Positions 15,881 to 29,888 of a stretch of DNA of 64,000 bases are shown one piece after another (the first letter of the stretch is position 1; each line of letters opens with the position of its first letter). A program made the position numbers and the translations under genes. The stretch lies in the NCBI RefSeq assembly GCF_009914755.1, contig NC_060945.1. One strand, given 5' to 3'. Under the pieces are notes generated by a model. That model saw only the letters and a program-made list of their open reading frames with translations. It was not told where the DNA came from and made no database searches. This DNA comes from the human T2T-CHM13v2.0 reference genome, Homo sapiens.

Positions 15881-16128
15881 CTTCTGTCTTACTTACATTG
15901 TAATGTTTCTTATGCTCATGGTGACGGTACATCCTGTACTCTTTAACATAGCCTAAATTTTATTGGTATTTCATTATTTTCAGCAAAGTCAATTAGCTAA
16001 CTAAATTGATTTAATTTTTATACCTTTTGGAAGCTGTTCATATAAAAGATTTCCCTCACCAGAAGTCCAATGTCTTGACTTGGGGTTTTAGAAGATGGTC
16101 TTATCACAAGTGACTTAGCAAAGATTAC

Positions 16129-16161
16129 CTCTCTCTCTCTCTCTCTCTTTTTTTTTTTTTT
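16129..16161 (+). repeat. (CT)n-poly(T) microsatellite
   Basis: Direct observation. Confidence 0.9.
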
Positions 16162-16482
16162 CTTGAGACTTCTCGTCTTACTCCAGTAGCCCTTTGTGTA
16201 TCTGCATAACAACTTGACTGGAATAAAGTAATGATTATTTTCTATCAATCAAGGCTAAATGAGTCACCTATGAAGAAAAAACTGTTCAGATGGACTGGAG
16301 CCCTGGGCTAGGTATTACAACTGGAAACAAGGGAGAATGTGATTTAGGAAACCTTCCTAATGGTCATAGGAATTGCTTTCTTTTCTATCAAAAAATAAAT
16401 TGAAGAAAATCTCTTCTCTGGTCTCCAGGCTGCAAGCTCTAAATCTTGGCTTCATGCATTAATGAAGTTACACTTCACTCAG

Positions 16483-16645
16483 GAGAGCTGAGTTAATTTC
16501 TTAGTCTGTCACTCACTAGCTGTTTGACATTGGTCAAGCAAAGGTCATAATCACCTTTGAGAACTTCTGTTTTCTTATTTTTTTTTAATGAGAGAACAAA
16601 GTTAGGGAGGCAACTAAATGCCCTATAAGCTCTTGTTCAACTTCA
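16483..16645 (+). mobile_element. MIR SINE
   Basis: tctgtcactcactagctgtttgacattggtcaag...ttctgttttcttatt resembles the MIR core. Confidence 0.6.
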
Positions 16646-17289
16646 AAAAGAAAATATAAATATATGGCATCAAATCTGAGCTCTTACCAAATTCCTAAGG
16701 GCTTGATATTCTGATTATGATATGGTGATTATGATTTGATTATAATTTACCAAGCAGTTGATAAGAAATTGTTATATGTAATCCAAAGCAAGCCCTTGAA
16801 AACCTTGTGTCTCCCAAAGATAATTAGAAACTAGGATTATCCAGGCGACATTTGAATTTCTGTTAGTAAAATCTTGAAAGTTGCCGTACTATGTCTCTAT
16901 GCGACTGGACTCAGGCTAAGGGCTACTTTTAGATCTCATTTTAGCACTCTGGACCATTCTCATCTGAATAACAACAGTGAACTTCATTTTAGTATGATGG
17001 CAAAAGTCTCCTTTTCTAAACTCTAAATCACTGAAATAGTAATGGGAAATAAAATAACATTCACCATCTCTTTGAAAGAGGACAACAGAATTTGCCTGGG
17101 TGTATATGTTAGTCTGGTTTCTTCAAGACCCAAGTAACTGTTCAATCAAAAACTCAATCAATTAACAAAATCATGGACAAGCTCTGGAAAACCTGTAACA
17201 GAGGATAAAGGAAGTCTTTAGAACCTAAATTGAAGGAGAAGTACCATAAGCTTTCTCCAGAACTTTAATACCTTTGAATTAATTAATTA

Positions 17290-17577
17290 ATTTTTTTTTT
17301 TTGAGACAGAGTCTGGCTCTATTGCCTAGGCTGGAGTGCAGTGGCACCATCTCGGCAACCTCTGCCTCCTGGGTTCAAGCGATTCTCCTGTCTCAGCCTC
17401 TGGAGTAGCTGGGATTACATGCATGCACCACCACACCCGGCTAATTTTTGTATTTTTATTAGAGACGGGGTTTCACCTTGTTGGCCAGGCTGGTCTCGAA
17501 CTCCTGACCTAAGGTGATCTGCCTGCCTCAGCCTCCCAAAGTGCTGGGATTACAGGTGTGAGCCACTGCACCCAGCC
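17290..17577 (-). mobile_element. Alu (AluSx-like) with a short internal deletion
   Basis: Reverse Alu dimer; atctcggcaacctc lacks the usual tcactgc. Confidence 0.95.
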
Positions 17578-18818
17578 TGAATAATTTTTTCTTAAGTGAC
17601 AGTCTATCAGAGTTTTAGAAAAATTCAAATTCTGGGCAGGAGCATACAACACATTACTATGCAAAAGGTGAAAATTAAACATTTACAAACTACCTCTAGA
17701 AAGCATTTTCGTGAAAGTTTAAAGTGTATGTTGAAGAGAAGAAATATTGATATGAAAAACTCCAGTGAGCCACAAAACTACTTGAGTCTCTTAACTCCAT
17801 AATCATTTTCAACCACCACCACCCAGATGGAAAAACACAAGCCTAAACGAATGTAATGCTTCCCCTCTCCTGCTTCCCAGGCAATTCATGCCTTCACACT
17901 GATGACTTCAGGTAGCGATCATTTAAAAGTAAATGTATAATGACTTGTTATGTGACTCTCTCCCAGCACCAGGAAACATGGATCTCTGTGTGTTTGATTA
18001 CAGGTCAAATTCTCCATTCAGGGAGCAATTAAAAGTTGCTATAACTTTTAAGTCATTGAAATGAGAAAGAAAATCCAAGAAATGAAATTTGCTTGATGAT
18101 TCTATTGCCTTTATCTAACACTGATTTTCACATGAAAAGTATTGCTTTCAAAAGTCCTAATTAGAAGGCCACCCTTAATAGCTGCATCTACAAGACATCA
18201 GCAATACATAGTAAAAGAATTAAGCAGAATATGGGAACTTTGATATTGGTGTCTTAATGGGGAAACAGCTTTCAATCAAGTAGCCCTGTCTGTATTCTAT
18301 GTTGAAAAGGAGTTTTTAAACCAAAACTACATGGATTATGCTCAATGGACTCTATCGATAATTTACAACTCTTCTATTTACTATGTTCCTTTTAATCATA
18401 AGCTAAGTTTCTTAATGGAAAGAAAATATTAAATGGTAACAATATGGAGATATTTGTCTTTGGTAGAACCTCTCTTTACAGCCTATGAAAGGGGAAAATC
18501 GGATACTACCAACACCAACTTTAATCTGATATATTTCTAGTCACTTTGGTTTCTGAAATCAGTCTGTGCAGAAATCTTTTTCATACAATGTCACGTATTT
18601 AATCTTGGTAGTAAAACAGCATTACTAGTTAGAAGGAATACATAAAGTGAGTTTAATTATTCTTTTACTTTCCATGAATTAATAATAGAAGCATTATTTT
18701 TCTCATTGCATTTGTAATGAGTGAAGACTGACAACCCTTTCTGAACACAAATTCCAGTAACTCAGAATTATGATGAGACTTGAAGAATTTTAAACATTTC
18801 CTACATTTAAGAAGAACT

Positions 18819-19156
<338 letters not shown>

Positions 19157-20004
19157 TCAAGATTGTCATAAATGCTCGTGTAGGTTTTAAGGAAAAAGTT
19201 ATCTGAGAAATATAATAAATCATCTGGGTTTTTCATTTGTTTTACCAAACAGTTATAATTTTCCTCTTGTTACAGTGAACTTTTTATTGCCCAGAATCCA
19301 ATTGGTAAAAGCTCTTTATTAACCAAAACTTATTTGTACTACCTCCCCTGACACTATCGTAAAAATGTTATAGCACAATATTTAATAGCAACCCTAAAAT
19401 GAAAATGATGACTTAGAAGATTCTGGATTATTTTCTGAAACATCAAGAAATCAATTTACTCATAGATAATCTGCCTCAGTTAGAGTAAGTCTCAGTTGAC
19501 TAAGATTTGAGAAAACAGAATACCCAAATCTCAATCGTGCAAACAGAATTTACTCTGTATATGACTGATACCTAAAGAGTGGGAGGAACGTTCACAGAAT
19601 TTTAGAAAAGGTATCTAAAACCAAATGAGAAGATAACAATATAATTAACAGTCTTTGCGTTGTATTTATTGATTTAGATAATTATAAATTGTTCCATTGC
19701 CTAAATGAAATTAGGAGACTTAAAAGCTAAAACTTAGAGAAGAGATCCAGAGAATGAATCCAATCCCCTCATACTGCAGATGGGAAACCAAAGCCCAGAA
19801 GTTAAGTGATATTGGGTTTGGACCAATATCCAAGTCCAAGTTTCCATTCAATGTATTTTCCATAACAGAACGCTTTTAAAAAATAGATAAAATATAGGCT
19901 AAAATTGGAGTTGGGGAAGCACAAATAGGGGTGAGCAGGGATGGAGGCTACCAGCATTTGAAGAGCCTGTTACTAGGTGTCAAGCATTGTTATCGATACT
20001 TTTA

Positions 20005-20335
20005 TTATTATTTATTTATTTACTATGATTATTATTATTATTTTTTGAGATGGAGTCTCGCTCTGTCACCTACGCTGGAGTGCAGTGGCGTAATTTTGGC
20101 TCACTGCAAGCTCCGCCTCCCGGGTTCACGCCATTCTCCTGCCTCAGCCTCCTGAGTAGCTGAGTAGCTGGGACTGCAGGCACCCACCACCATGCCCAGC
20201 TAATTTTTTTGTGTTTTTAGTAGAGACAGGGTTTCACCGTGTTAGCCAGGATGGTCTCGATCTCCTGACCTCGTGATCCACACGTCTGGGCCTCCCAAAG
20301 TGCTGGGATTACAGTGTGAGCCACTGCTCCTGGTC
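20005..20335 (-). mobile_element. AluY with (TTA)n tail
   Basis: gcaagctccgcctcccgggttcacgccattc; ttagccaggatggtctcgatctcctgacctcgtgatcc. Confidence 0.95.
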
Positions 20336-20336
20336 T

Positions 20337-22340
<2,004 letters not shown>

Positions 22341-22529
22341 GTTATTGACACTTTTATATGTTTATCGCATTATGCACTGTGCTCAGTTTAGAGATGAATA
22401 AACCGAAACTGTCTCATGATGAGAGGTCATCACAACCCCAAGGTCTATGCAATTTCTCTATATTGACCCCAGAAACAGACTGACTACGTCTCTGGTGATT
22501 GGTTGACTATAAACTGGCTTATTTGCTCA

Positions 22530-22642
22530 CATACTCATTCAACAAACGTATACTGAGCCTTTTCTTTGTGCCATACCCCATCCTGGAAGTTGGGTGTGCA
22601 GTGAGCAAGAGGCTTAACCCTTGCCCTCAGATAGTCAGTGGG
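22530..22642 (-). mobile_element. L2 3' fragment
   Basis: tcattcaacaaacgtatactgagcc...tgtgcca. Confidence 0.65.
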
Positions 22643-24044
22643 CACAGGGGCCAACTCCACTCTTTTCTACCCCACAGTGTCTCTCAGTCATCGCCACGGT
22701 TGGGAACCCCCACTTCAAACTACTTTGGAAACTCTGATAATGACCAGATCCTTGAGAAAAACACCAGAAAGCTTAATATCACCGCTTTATATACGTCTTC
22801 ACTAACGAAAGGCTATTAATGCAAATGGTTTCAATAACAATTGGCAAATATGTTTTTCACAGTAGTTTTCCACAGTATGGAAACATCAAATTTCAGATTT
22901 GTTTCAGAATTAAGTATATTATGAAAATTTTACAGTTTCGTTAAATCTGTCAACTCAAATATGCTAAAATTTGAGTATGGTGCAATGTAATTTTTAAAGT
23001 TAGGTTTATTTTAGACTCTATGCAACAAGATCAATTAGAGAAAAGGTGATCATTGACCATAGGAATTGTGGTCCTATGCATTGACCATAGGGGTTGTGTT
23101 GCATCGAACTGTTAGCATAATGCTTGAAGCACCAATTCTGAGAATGTAAACCATTCTTATATCATAGACAGCATATATCCTGTGAATAACAGAGCACTCA
23201 AAAGAATGAATAAACTTGGTATATGGCTTTTCCAGGCATTTTATAAATACTCACTGCAAACTTACATATATAACTGGGTTTTGTATTTGAAAACAGTACT
23301 AATCATTCTTTCACCAACCAGGCATGTATATGTGCAGATAAGAATGATGTATGTCGGAGAGGCCTGTCTACACTGCCTAGATGAGATTTGCCCTTGATTT
23401 GCAGCCACAGCTGCTAATGGCAAAACATACAGCTATTTTCAACCACTCCACTTAGATTCACATTCTTCTCCGCTCTGGTGCTTTAAAAAGCACCAGGATG
23501 CTTGCTTGTCTCCACTGTGTCCTGGCAGGCCATTATTCTACAGACTGATTTTAATTTGAGCTTAGGCATGTCATCACAAGTTTGTGGGAGAGTCATCTAA
23601 AATCATCAGAAACATGATGACTGTGTTCTTGAAGCACACATGCAGGATGTCACGCAAAAGATTATAGATCACTTTGAAGAGTCAACATTGTCTCCCAGAG
23701 TGATGATAAATCCCGAGAAGATGTACACCTCCACATAACAAAGATCCTCCCTGGTATTGTAGAGATGAGACGTGACATGCATCGACACTGTGTCCCATGA
23801 TAGACTGACAAAGAAGCATGGTGATACCTCAATTGTTCACAACTTCTGTGGGTAAAACATACTTTGGGCAAAGTTGGCCCAGGTAGGGGAAAATTCCTGA
23901 CTCTTCATTGTTTTAGTGGCTGCTGAGAAAGCTCAACCATTTCTTTTGTAAAGCCTTCTGAGACCCATCAAGAAGAGGTGATCCCTTCCTCCTTTGCACC
24001 TTTACTAGCGCTTTGACATGTTCTTGTTTTTGTATCAATTTACA

Positions 24045-24175
24045 ATCTCCTCCCTTCCTAGACTCTTATCTCTTCGAAGGAAAGATCTGTTTCTTTGAAT
24101 TCCTAACACATTTCATAGTTCCTGACATAAAATTTTGGGATTAAATATGGGTGGATGAATGAATGGATGAATGGA
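24045..24175 (+). mobile_element. L2 3' end with (ATGA/ATGG)n tail
   Basis: ctagactcttatctcttcgaaggaaagatc...cctgacata...ggatgaatgaatggatgaatgg. Confidence 0.65.
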
Positions 24176-24514
24176 TAGGGAGAGAAAAACAAGACTCAGT
24201 AGGCTACTGAAGTTGTCTGGCCTGGGGCTGCTGAACTAGAACTAACTCACCCCATGCTCCCACCGTTGAGTCAACTTGGAGAGAAAAAATGAGGGAAGTA
24301 ATCTCAAGCAGTTATTATATGACATCTGTGCTACTTGATAGGAGTCGCTACTGAGAGGAGAAGAAGCTTCCTCCATTTTAACCAAGGTTGTTGCAGATCA
24401 ACCTTCCTCCTGGTATGAGGAGAGAAGAGATTATTATTCTGTAGAGATCCAGTAAGGTGGGTAAATCGGGATGATACAGAAAAGAATCTTTGAAATATGA
24501 CACACATGGGAACC

Positions 24515-24695
24515 AACCAGAATTTAGCCAATTACTAATTAGCTGAGAAATCTGGGACAAGTTACGTGGTTTCACTGAGTATCTGGCTCTTCATCTACAA
24601 ATTAAATTCATAATATCTGCTTTGCAGCATGATCAGAGGAGCTCTAAGGAGCATATGTTCAGTGCCTGGCACAGAGAGATACTCAATAAATATTT
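24515..24695 (+). mobile_element. MIR SINE
   Basis: tagctgagaaatctgggacaagtta...cagtgcctggcacagagagatactcaataaatatt. Confidence 0.7.
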
Positions 24696-25032
24696 TCATT
24701 TAAAATAACCATGTATATGCATTACCTTATTTTTAGTTGTATAATGACATTTTATTTCACTAAATTTGACATTAATATTGTTGGAAATTATCCTCTTGGT
24801 TAATTCTGGTTTTTCTGCAGAAAAATAGATTCATTTTTCTTTCAATGAGGTAAGTCTTTAGTGCCTACCATCAGGCAAAATGGTGTATCTAGAGGGCCTG
24901 TAATATTCTTAGGAAAATGTCAAATAAAATGGGGTGACCATAAGAAAGGTCCATACCAGGATGACTGAATCACACAGCATGCAAATAAGAAAGCTTGAAA
25001 GGTAGGAGGAATAGTCATTCAAAGACACATGC

Positions 25033-25387
25033 TGTTATGGATTGAATGTTTGTGTCCTTCCAAAATTTATATGTCAAAATCCTAACCCTAAGGTGATGGT
25101 ACTGGAAGCGTGGCCTTTGGGAGGTACCTAGGTTATGAAAGTGGAGCCCTCATGATGGAATTAGTGCCTTTATAAAAAGGAACCCAGAGAGCTCTTTTGC
25201 TCTCTTTCCAACCGTTGAGAGGACAAGGAGAAGCAGGCAGTCTATGACCTGGAGAAGTCCCTCATCAGAACCCAATCATGCTGGCACCCTGACCTGAGTT
25301 CCATCCTGTAGGACTGAGGGAAATGAATTTCTGTTGTTTATAAGTCACCTGGTCTCTGGTGTTTTGTTATAGTGGCACAAATGGACA
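25033..25387 (+). mobile_element. MLT1A0-type MaLR solo LTR
   Basis: tgttatggattgaatgtttgtgtcc...gcctttgggagg...gccctcatgatggaattagtgcc...ttttgttatag; flanking catgc repeat. Confidence 0.85.
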
Positions 25388-26923
25388 CATGCATACATAT
25401 GCATATGGATAAGAAGGAGCTCATGGTTGCTTGGGTTTAAAGAATAATATTTGAGTACTCCACTCATATTAACTTTCAACAAGTATAGAAGGTCAAATGT
25501 GAACCCACAATGTCTCTGAATTGGTTACCACGTCATGAGTTCTAGCACTAGGTCCTTAAGATGTTAACCTTTCCTTTCTTCAAAACAAATAAAATTGGTC
25601 ATAAGAATAAACAAGTGACCTAAGAGAAGGGTGCCTGATGGGTCACTCTGTATGATGCCTAACACTTCACAGGCTGTTACAGCAACCGGCTCCAATATCC
25701 TAAACTCAACTATTTGACTTTGACTCTCCCCCTCTTTCTTGTCCGTTCCTTCAGGTGACCATCCCATTAGAAGAAGACAGATGCAGCAGAGAGGCCACTA
25801 ACTGTCCATGTCACAGGATACTCCTCCTACACCCCCCTCCCTCCCTGAAGTGGTCTGTTCTCTACAATCATCTCATCATCCCCATGTTTTAACTTGTTTT
25901 CATAATTTTTCAGAACCCTAATCTCAATCACATATGAGTATTAGTAGATTTCATTATTTAAATGATTTAAAATAAGGTCTGGATGACAGGGTATGCTTGT
26001 CTGATTTAGGTAGTCTACTTCATTTAAAGAAGTACTTAGTTGCCTAAATAAGATTTAAACATTTGGATTTGGGAATCTCTTTTCACTTGTTCTTTTCTTG
26101 GTCCATAAGAAGAGCCAGAACCACAGCATGCCTCTCTATTTCAGAGCTACATTAAGGTGAGTTTAAAAACAAGTTAACTTGTTGAATGCCAGGAAGAAAA
26201 ACAATATTTGGGAATAAAATCTGATGGAGATAAGATTTGGCTATTGAGGAAATTATCTTCGAATAAGCAATCATATACAACTCAATTCTTAATTAGTTGA
26301 ATCAAGCTATTCTTAAGTGAGAATCATTAAATAAAATTTTAAAATTAGTTCTCAAATTATTTTTTAACCCGAAGATGTATCAATAATAAATATATTAAAA
26401 TAGCATGTACAGCACGCAGTTTGATAAAAATTGATTAGGATGGATTATACAGCCCTCCCCCAAGTAGTTCTGCACTGAATTCTGAAGGTAACAGGAATGA
26501 GTGGGAAGGAGCCATGAAAAAAATGCAAACTTGTTACAACAGAAAACTACACTTGTGATTCCAAAAAAGAGTGGTTTGGGTGATTTCCAGTAATTCTTGG
26601 GAGAAAAAGAGCAGGAACTATAATCTCACAACATAATGAGTTGGGATACGAGACTGAAGTATAAAGATGAAATAACATACCTTTCAAAAACAGAATTCCT
26701 CAAAAATCTACAAGCTGAGAAGAAAGCACCTTTGAAAATATTTAAAGTAAAAATAACAGTATACAAATGCTATAATTATGGGACCATACTATAGCCATCT
26801 AGACAGATTAAGAATACAGAAGTTACCTTGACAACCATTTCAGAGATTGGATAGAAGGGGGTGAGAAGTTATGAGCTATCCCATCATGACCCATCAGTCA
26901 TAGGTGCTGAAAGTCTTACCATC

Positions 26924-27302
26924 TGTATTAGTCTGTTCTCACATTGCTATAAAGAAATGCCAGAAACTGTGTAGTTTATAAAGAAAAGAGTTTTAATTGG
27001 CTCACAGTTCCACAGGCTGTACAGGAAGCATGGCTGGGGAGGCCTCAGGGAGCTTTTACACATGGCAGAAGGCAAAACAGATGCAGGTATCTTCACATGC
27101 CCGGAGCAGGAGGAAGAGAGGGAGTGGGGAGGTGCTACACACTTTTAAACAACCACATCTCAGAAGAACTCTAGCATTAGAACAGTACCAAAGGGGAAAT
27201 CTGCTCCCATGATCCAAACACCTCCCACCAGGCCCCACCTCCACACTGGGGATTACAAATCGACATGAGATTTGGGCAGGGACACAAATCCAAACCATTT
27301 CA
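26924..27302 (-). mobile_element. MSTA-type MaLR solo LTR
   Basis: tgtattagtctgttctcacattgctataaag...catgagatttgggcagggacacaaatccaaaccatttca; TG...CA ends, TSD ccatc/ctatc. Confidence 0.9.
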
Positions 27303-27369
27303 CTATCTAAGCACAGAGCTTGGTTCTATGACTTTCAAGCTAAGTCTGCTCACAAGGAAAATGCCACTA

Positions 27370-27980
27370 TTTCATTTATTTTTTAAATTCAGTAAACACC
27401 TACTGTGCACCTACTTTGCTCCAGGAAGTGGGAATGTCAAAACAAGTTTTAAAAGCCCCTGGAGGCGGAACTTGCAGTGAGCCTAGATGGTGCCACTGTA
27501 CTCCAGTCTGAGAGACAGAGTGAGACTCCGTTCCCCCCCGCCCCCTAAAACAGCCTCTGGAATTTAAATTAACATGACAAAATAATGTGGCAAGTGCACA
27601 AATGGAGGTACATAAAAAATGGCCCTATGGGAGCTGTGCAGGATGGAGTCCACCAACGAGGCTGCAGGAACGACTTCATAAAAGAAGGAACAGCTGGGTT
27701 GGAACCTGAAAGACAGCTCAGCCAGGCATGGAGGTGTGAGGGAGGAGTGCTCCGCCCACATGGAAGAGCACATCTAGGAAACAGAGAGAAGCATGGTGCA
27801 GGCGGAACCTCTTAAAGATGGGGTATGGTAAACGATGTGGTTGAAGAGGTCAGCGTGTTGAATTTAGGAAATGAAATGCAAATAAAATGCTTAAAGGAAA
27901 ATGTGACATAATCAGATTTGAATCTTAAAATGTTCGCACCCACTTTTGTGTAGAAGACACATTGGAAGAGAGTAGGACTG
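27370..27980 (-). mobile_element. L2 fragment interrupted by an Alu piece
   Basis: attcagtaaacacctactgtgcacctactttgc...gacttcataaaagaagg...gtgacataatcagatttg. Confidence 0.6.
27459..27550 (+). mobile_element. Short 5'-truncated AluY right-arm fragment with a C-rich tail
   Basis: ggaggcggaacttgcagtgagcc...gagactccg then cccccccgccccc; flanks aaaagcccctgga / aaaacagcctctgga. Confidence 0.85.
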
Positions 27981-28149
27981 GGGGTTCTTCATCATACTGA
28001 GTTCATTTTCTTTTTTTTCCCCAAGGTTGTTAATTTAGTAGATCAGAGAAATCCACTCGATAAAAATGTTTTTAAGATTTCATCGTAGCACTTGATGAGC
28101 TCTCTTGTCAACAAGTTCTGGAAATATTTACTGGATGATAATACAATCA

Positions 28150-28500
28150 AGTAGGTTAATCACCAGGCTCCAACCTACTTTTCCAGTCCTTTCTTTCCTC
28201 GTTCCCTATACCTCCTCATGCTCCCATCATTAAATTTCTTGTTGATCCCTGTAAACACCTTGGGTGTTCCAGCCTCACTGCCTTTGTTCAAAATGTTCTC
28301 TCCACCTGGAATGACATTCTTTCATCTTCTAGCTATTGAAATCCTATTCATTGTTCAATGGGCCACCACACTCACATGTATTTTTGTACTTGCCTTATGA
28401 TCCTTTCTTTATTCTACCTTCATTATAGTCATTTGAGTAATTATCTAATACTCCCTACCACAATTTACCTACGTGAGTGTAGGAATGTTTTCATATTCCT
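28150..28500 (+). mobile_element. L2 fragment
   Basis: ggctccaacctacttttccag...gcctttgttcaaaatgttctctccacctggaatg. Confidence 0.6.
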
Positions 28501-28644
28501 CAGCATAATGATAATGATACTTATTATAATCCCACCTTCAATGTCTTTAGTGAGTCTTGCCAGGCACTGTAGAAAGTTGCACTCCTCCTTGTCTTATGTA
28601 CTTCTAAGTGGCAGTTTCATGTATTCATTAGAAATGAAAAAAAC

Positions 28645-28840
28645 ATGGCAGTCATCCAGACCCAGGCTAGCTCCTAGCTGTAAGATAGTGTTGCATGACC
28701 TGGGGCAAGTTATTTAACCTTTCTAAAGTTAAATTTTCTCATCTGAAAACTTGTAGGGTTGTTTTGGTGATTGAAGTAGATGATTGTTTAAAAGGCACTT
28801 AGCATAGTGCTTAACATACAATAATGAGACTAAAATTAGT
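28645..28840 (+). mobile_element. MIR SINE
   Basis: tgacctggggcaagttatttaacctttct...ctcatctgaaaa...ggcacttagcatagtgc. Confidence 0.75.
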
Positions 28841-29400
28841 CTCTATGAAATCACGTCTAAACCCATTACACAGATTCTAGGAGACACAAAAATACATGTG
28901 GACTCCTCTAAGGGAGCTCACAATTTAGTGGAGAACAAAAGCTGTCAATGCTCTGGGATTTTGATAAATACTCATACTAAATAAGGAAAAATGTGAAAAT
29001 GGCAAATTAATGCTATAAACATTTCATATTCATATTGATATTATGGAAATACTACATGAAAGTTAAACTATTTTTAAATCTGGCACACTTAGATTACCCC
29101 CATGTGATACATTCATGTTTTACTAAAAATATTTTAATTACCCATAAACCTTTTTTTAATGATGGGGCAAAAAAAATCACCCCTGGAATATATCAGAGAA
29201 GAAAGGAAAGAAAGATGTTGAGAATTTTGAAAAGCATTTTGATGTCATTTTCAACTATTTTTTTCAGCCCTTTACTTCCTCCTCTTCAAATAAGCCATAC
29301 AGAATAAAGGAAAAATCTACAGAATATTGGCAATTGGGATGACCGTTGGCCTCTACCTTGCCTAGAGAGGAAAGAAAGGCCCAAGGACCTTGAGATTTCA

Positions 29401-29888
29401 TGTGCAGCAGCATCTGATGGGCCGGTTACCTTCTTTGCCCTGCACATTTTCTCTATTCCTCTCCCCACAGCTCTCTGCCCTGAGAGGTTGACCTGGATGA
29501 GCTGCACCCACAAGCTCATTTGTCCTCAGGTTTCCAGTTGAGTTCCACCAATGGGAGGCACCATCAGGAGATGCAGACTTCAAGAAGAGTGAAGCTGGGA
29601 TGTTTACTTCCCCAACTCGCTCTACCGAGCTGCGTGTGAGCTGGCTGGGTACTTCGGTGAAGTTTGCAGCTCCCATCGGCGCCCTTTTCTACATCAGCCT
29701 CCGTAGCTGCCCAACTTTCTTTTGCCATTGCAGCCAGTTGAGTGGCAAAACTGGCCCCCTCAATATTTTACTGTTCCTTGTTGGCTTCATTTTAGCCTGT
29801 CCACACTTTTGTCAATTACCTTTTCTTTAAACTCTCAATCACCTATTTGAACATGCCACCGGGGATGCTGCTTTGATCCTGCCTGACA
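29401..29888 (+). mobile_element. LTR33-type ERVL solo LTR
   Basis: ctctctgccctgagaggttgacctg...ccaatgggaggcaccatcaggaga...cacacttttgtcaatt...ctttaaactctc...atttgaacatgcca; TG...CA ends. Confidence 0.75.

Noticed and set aside
22416-22483. C/D-box snoRNA-like ATGATGA...CTGA
   Set aside because: No terminal stem, and the segment is the continuation of the split MIR
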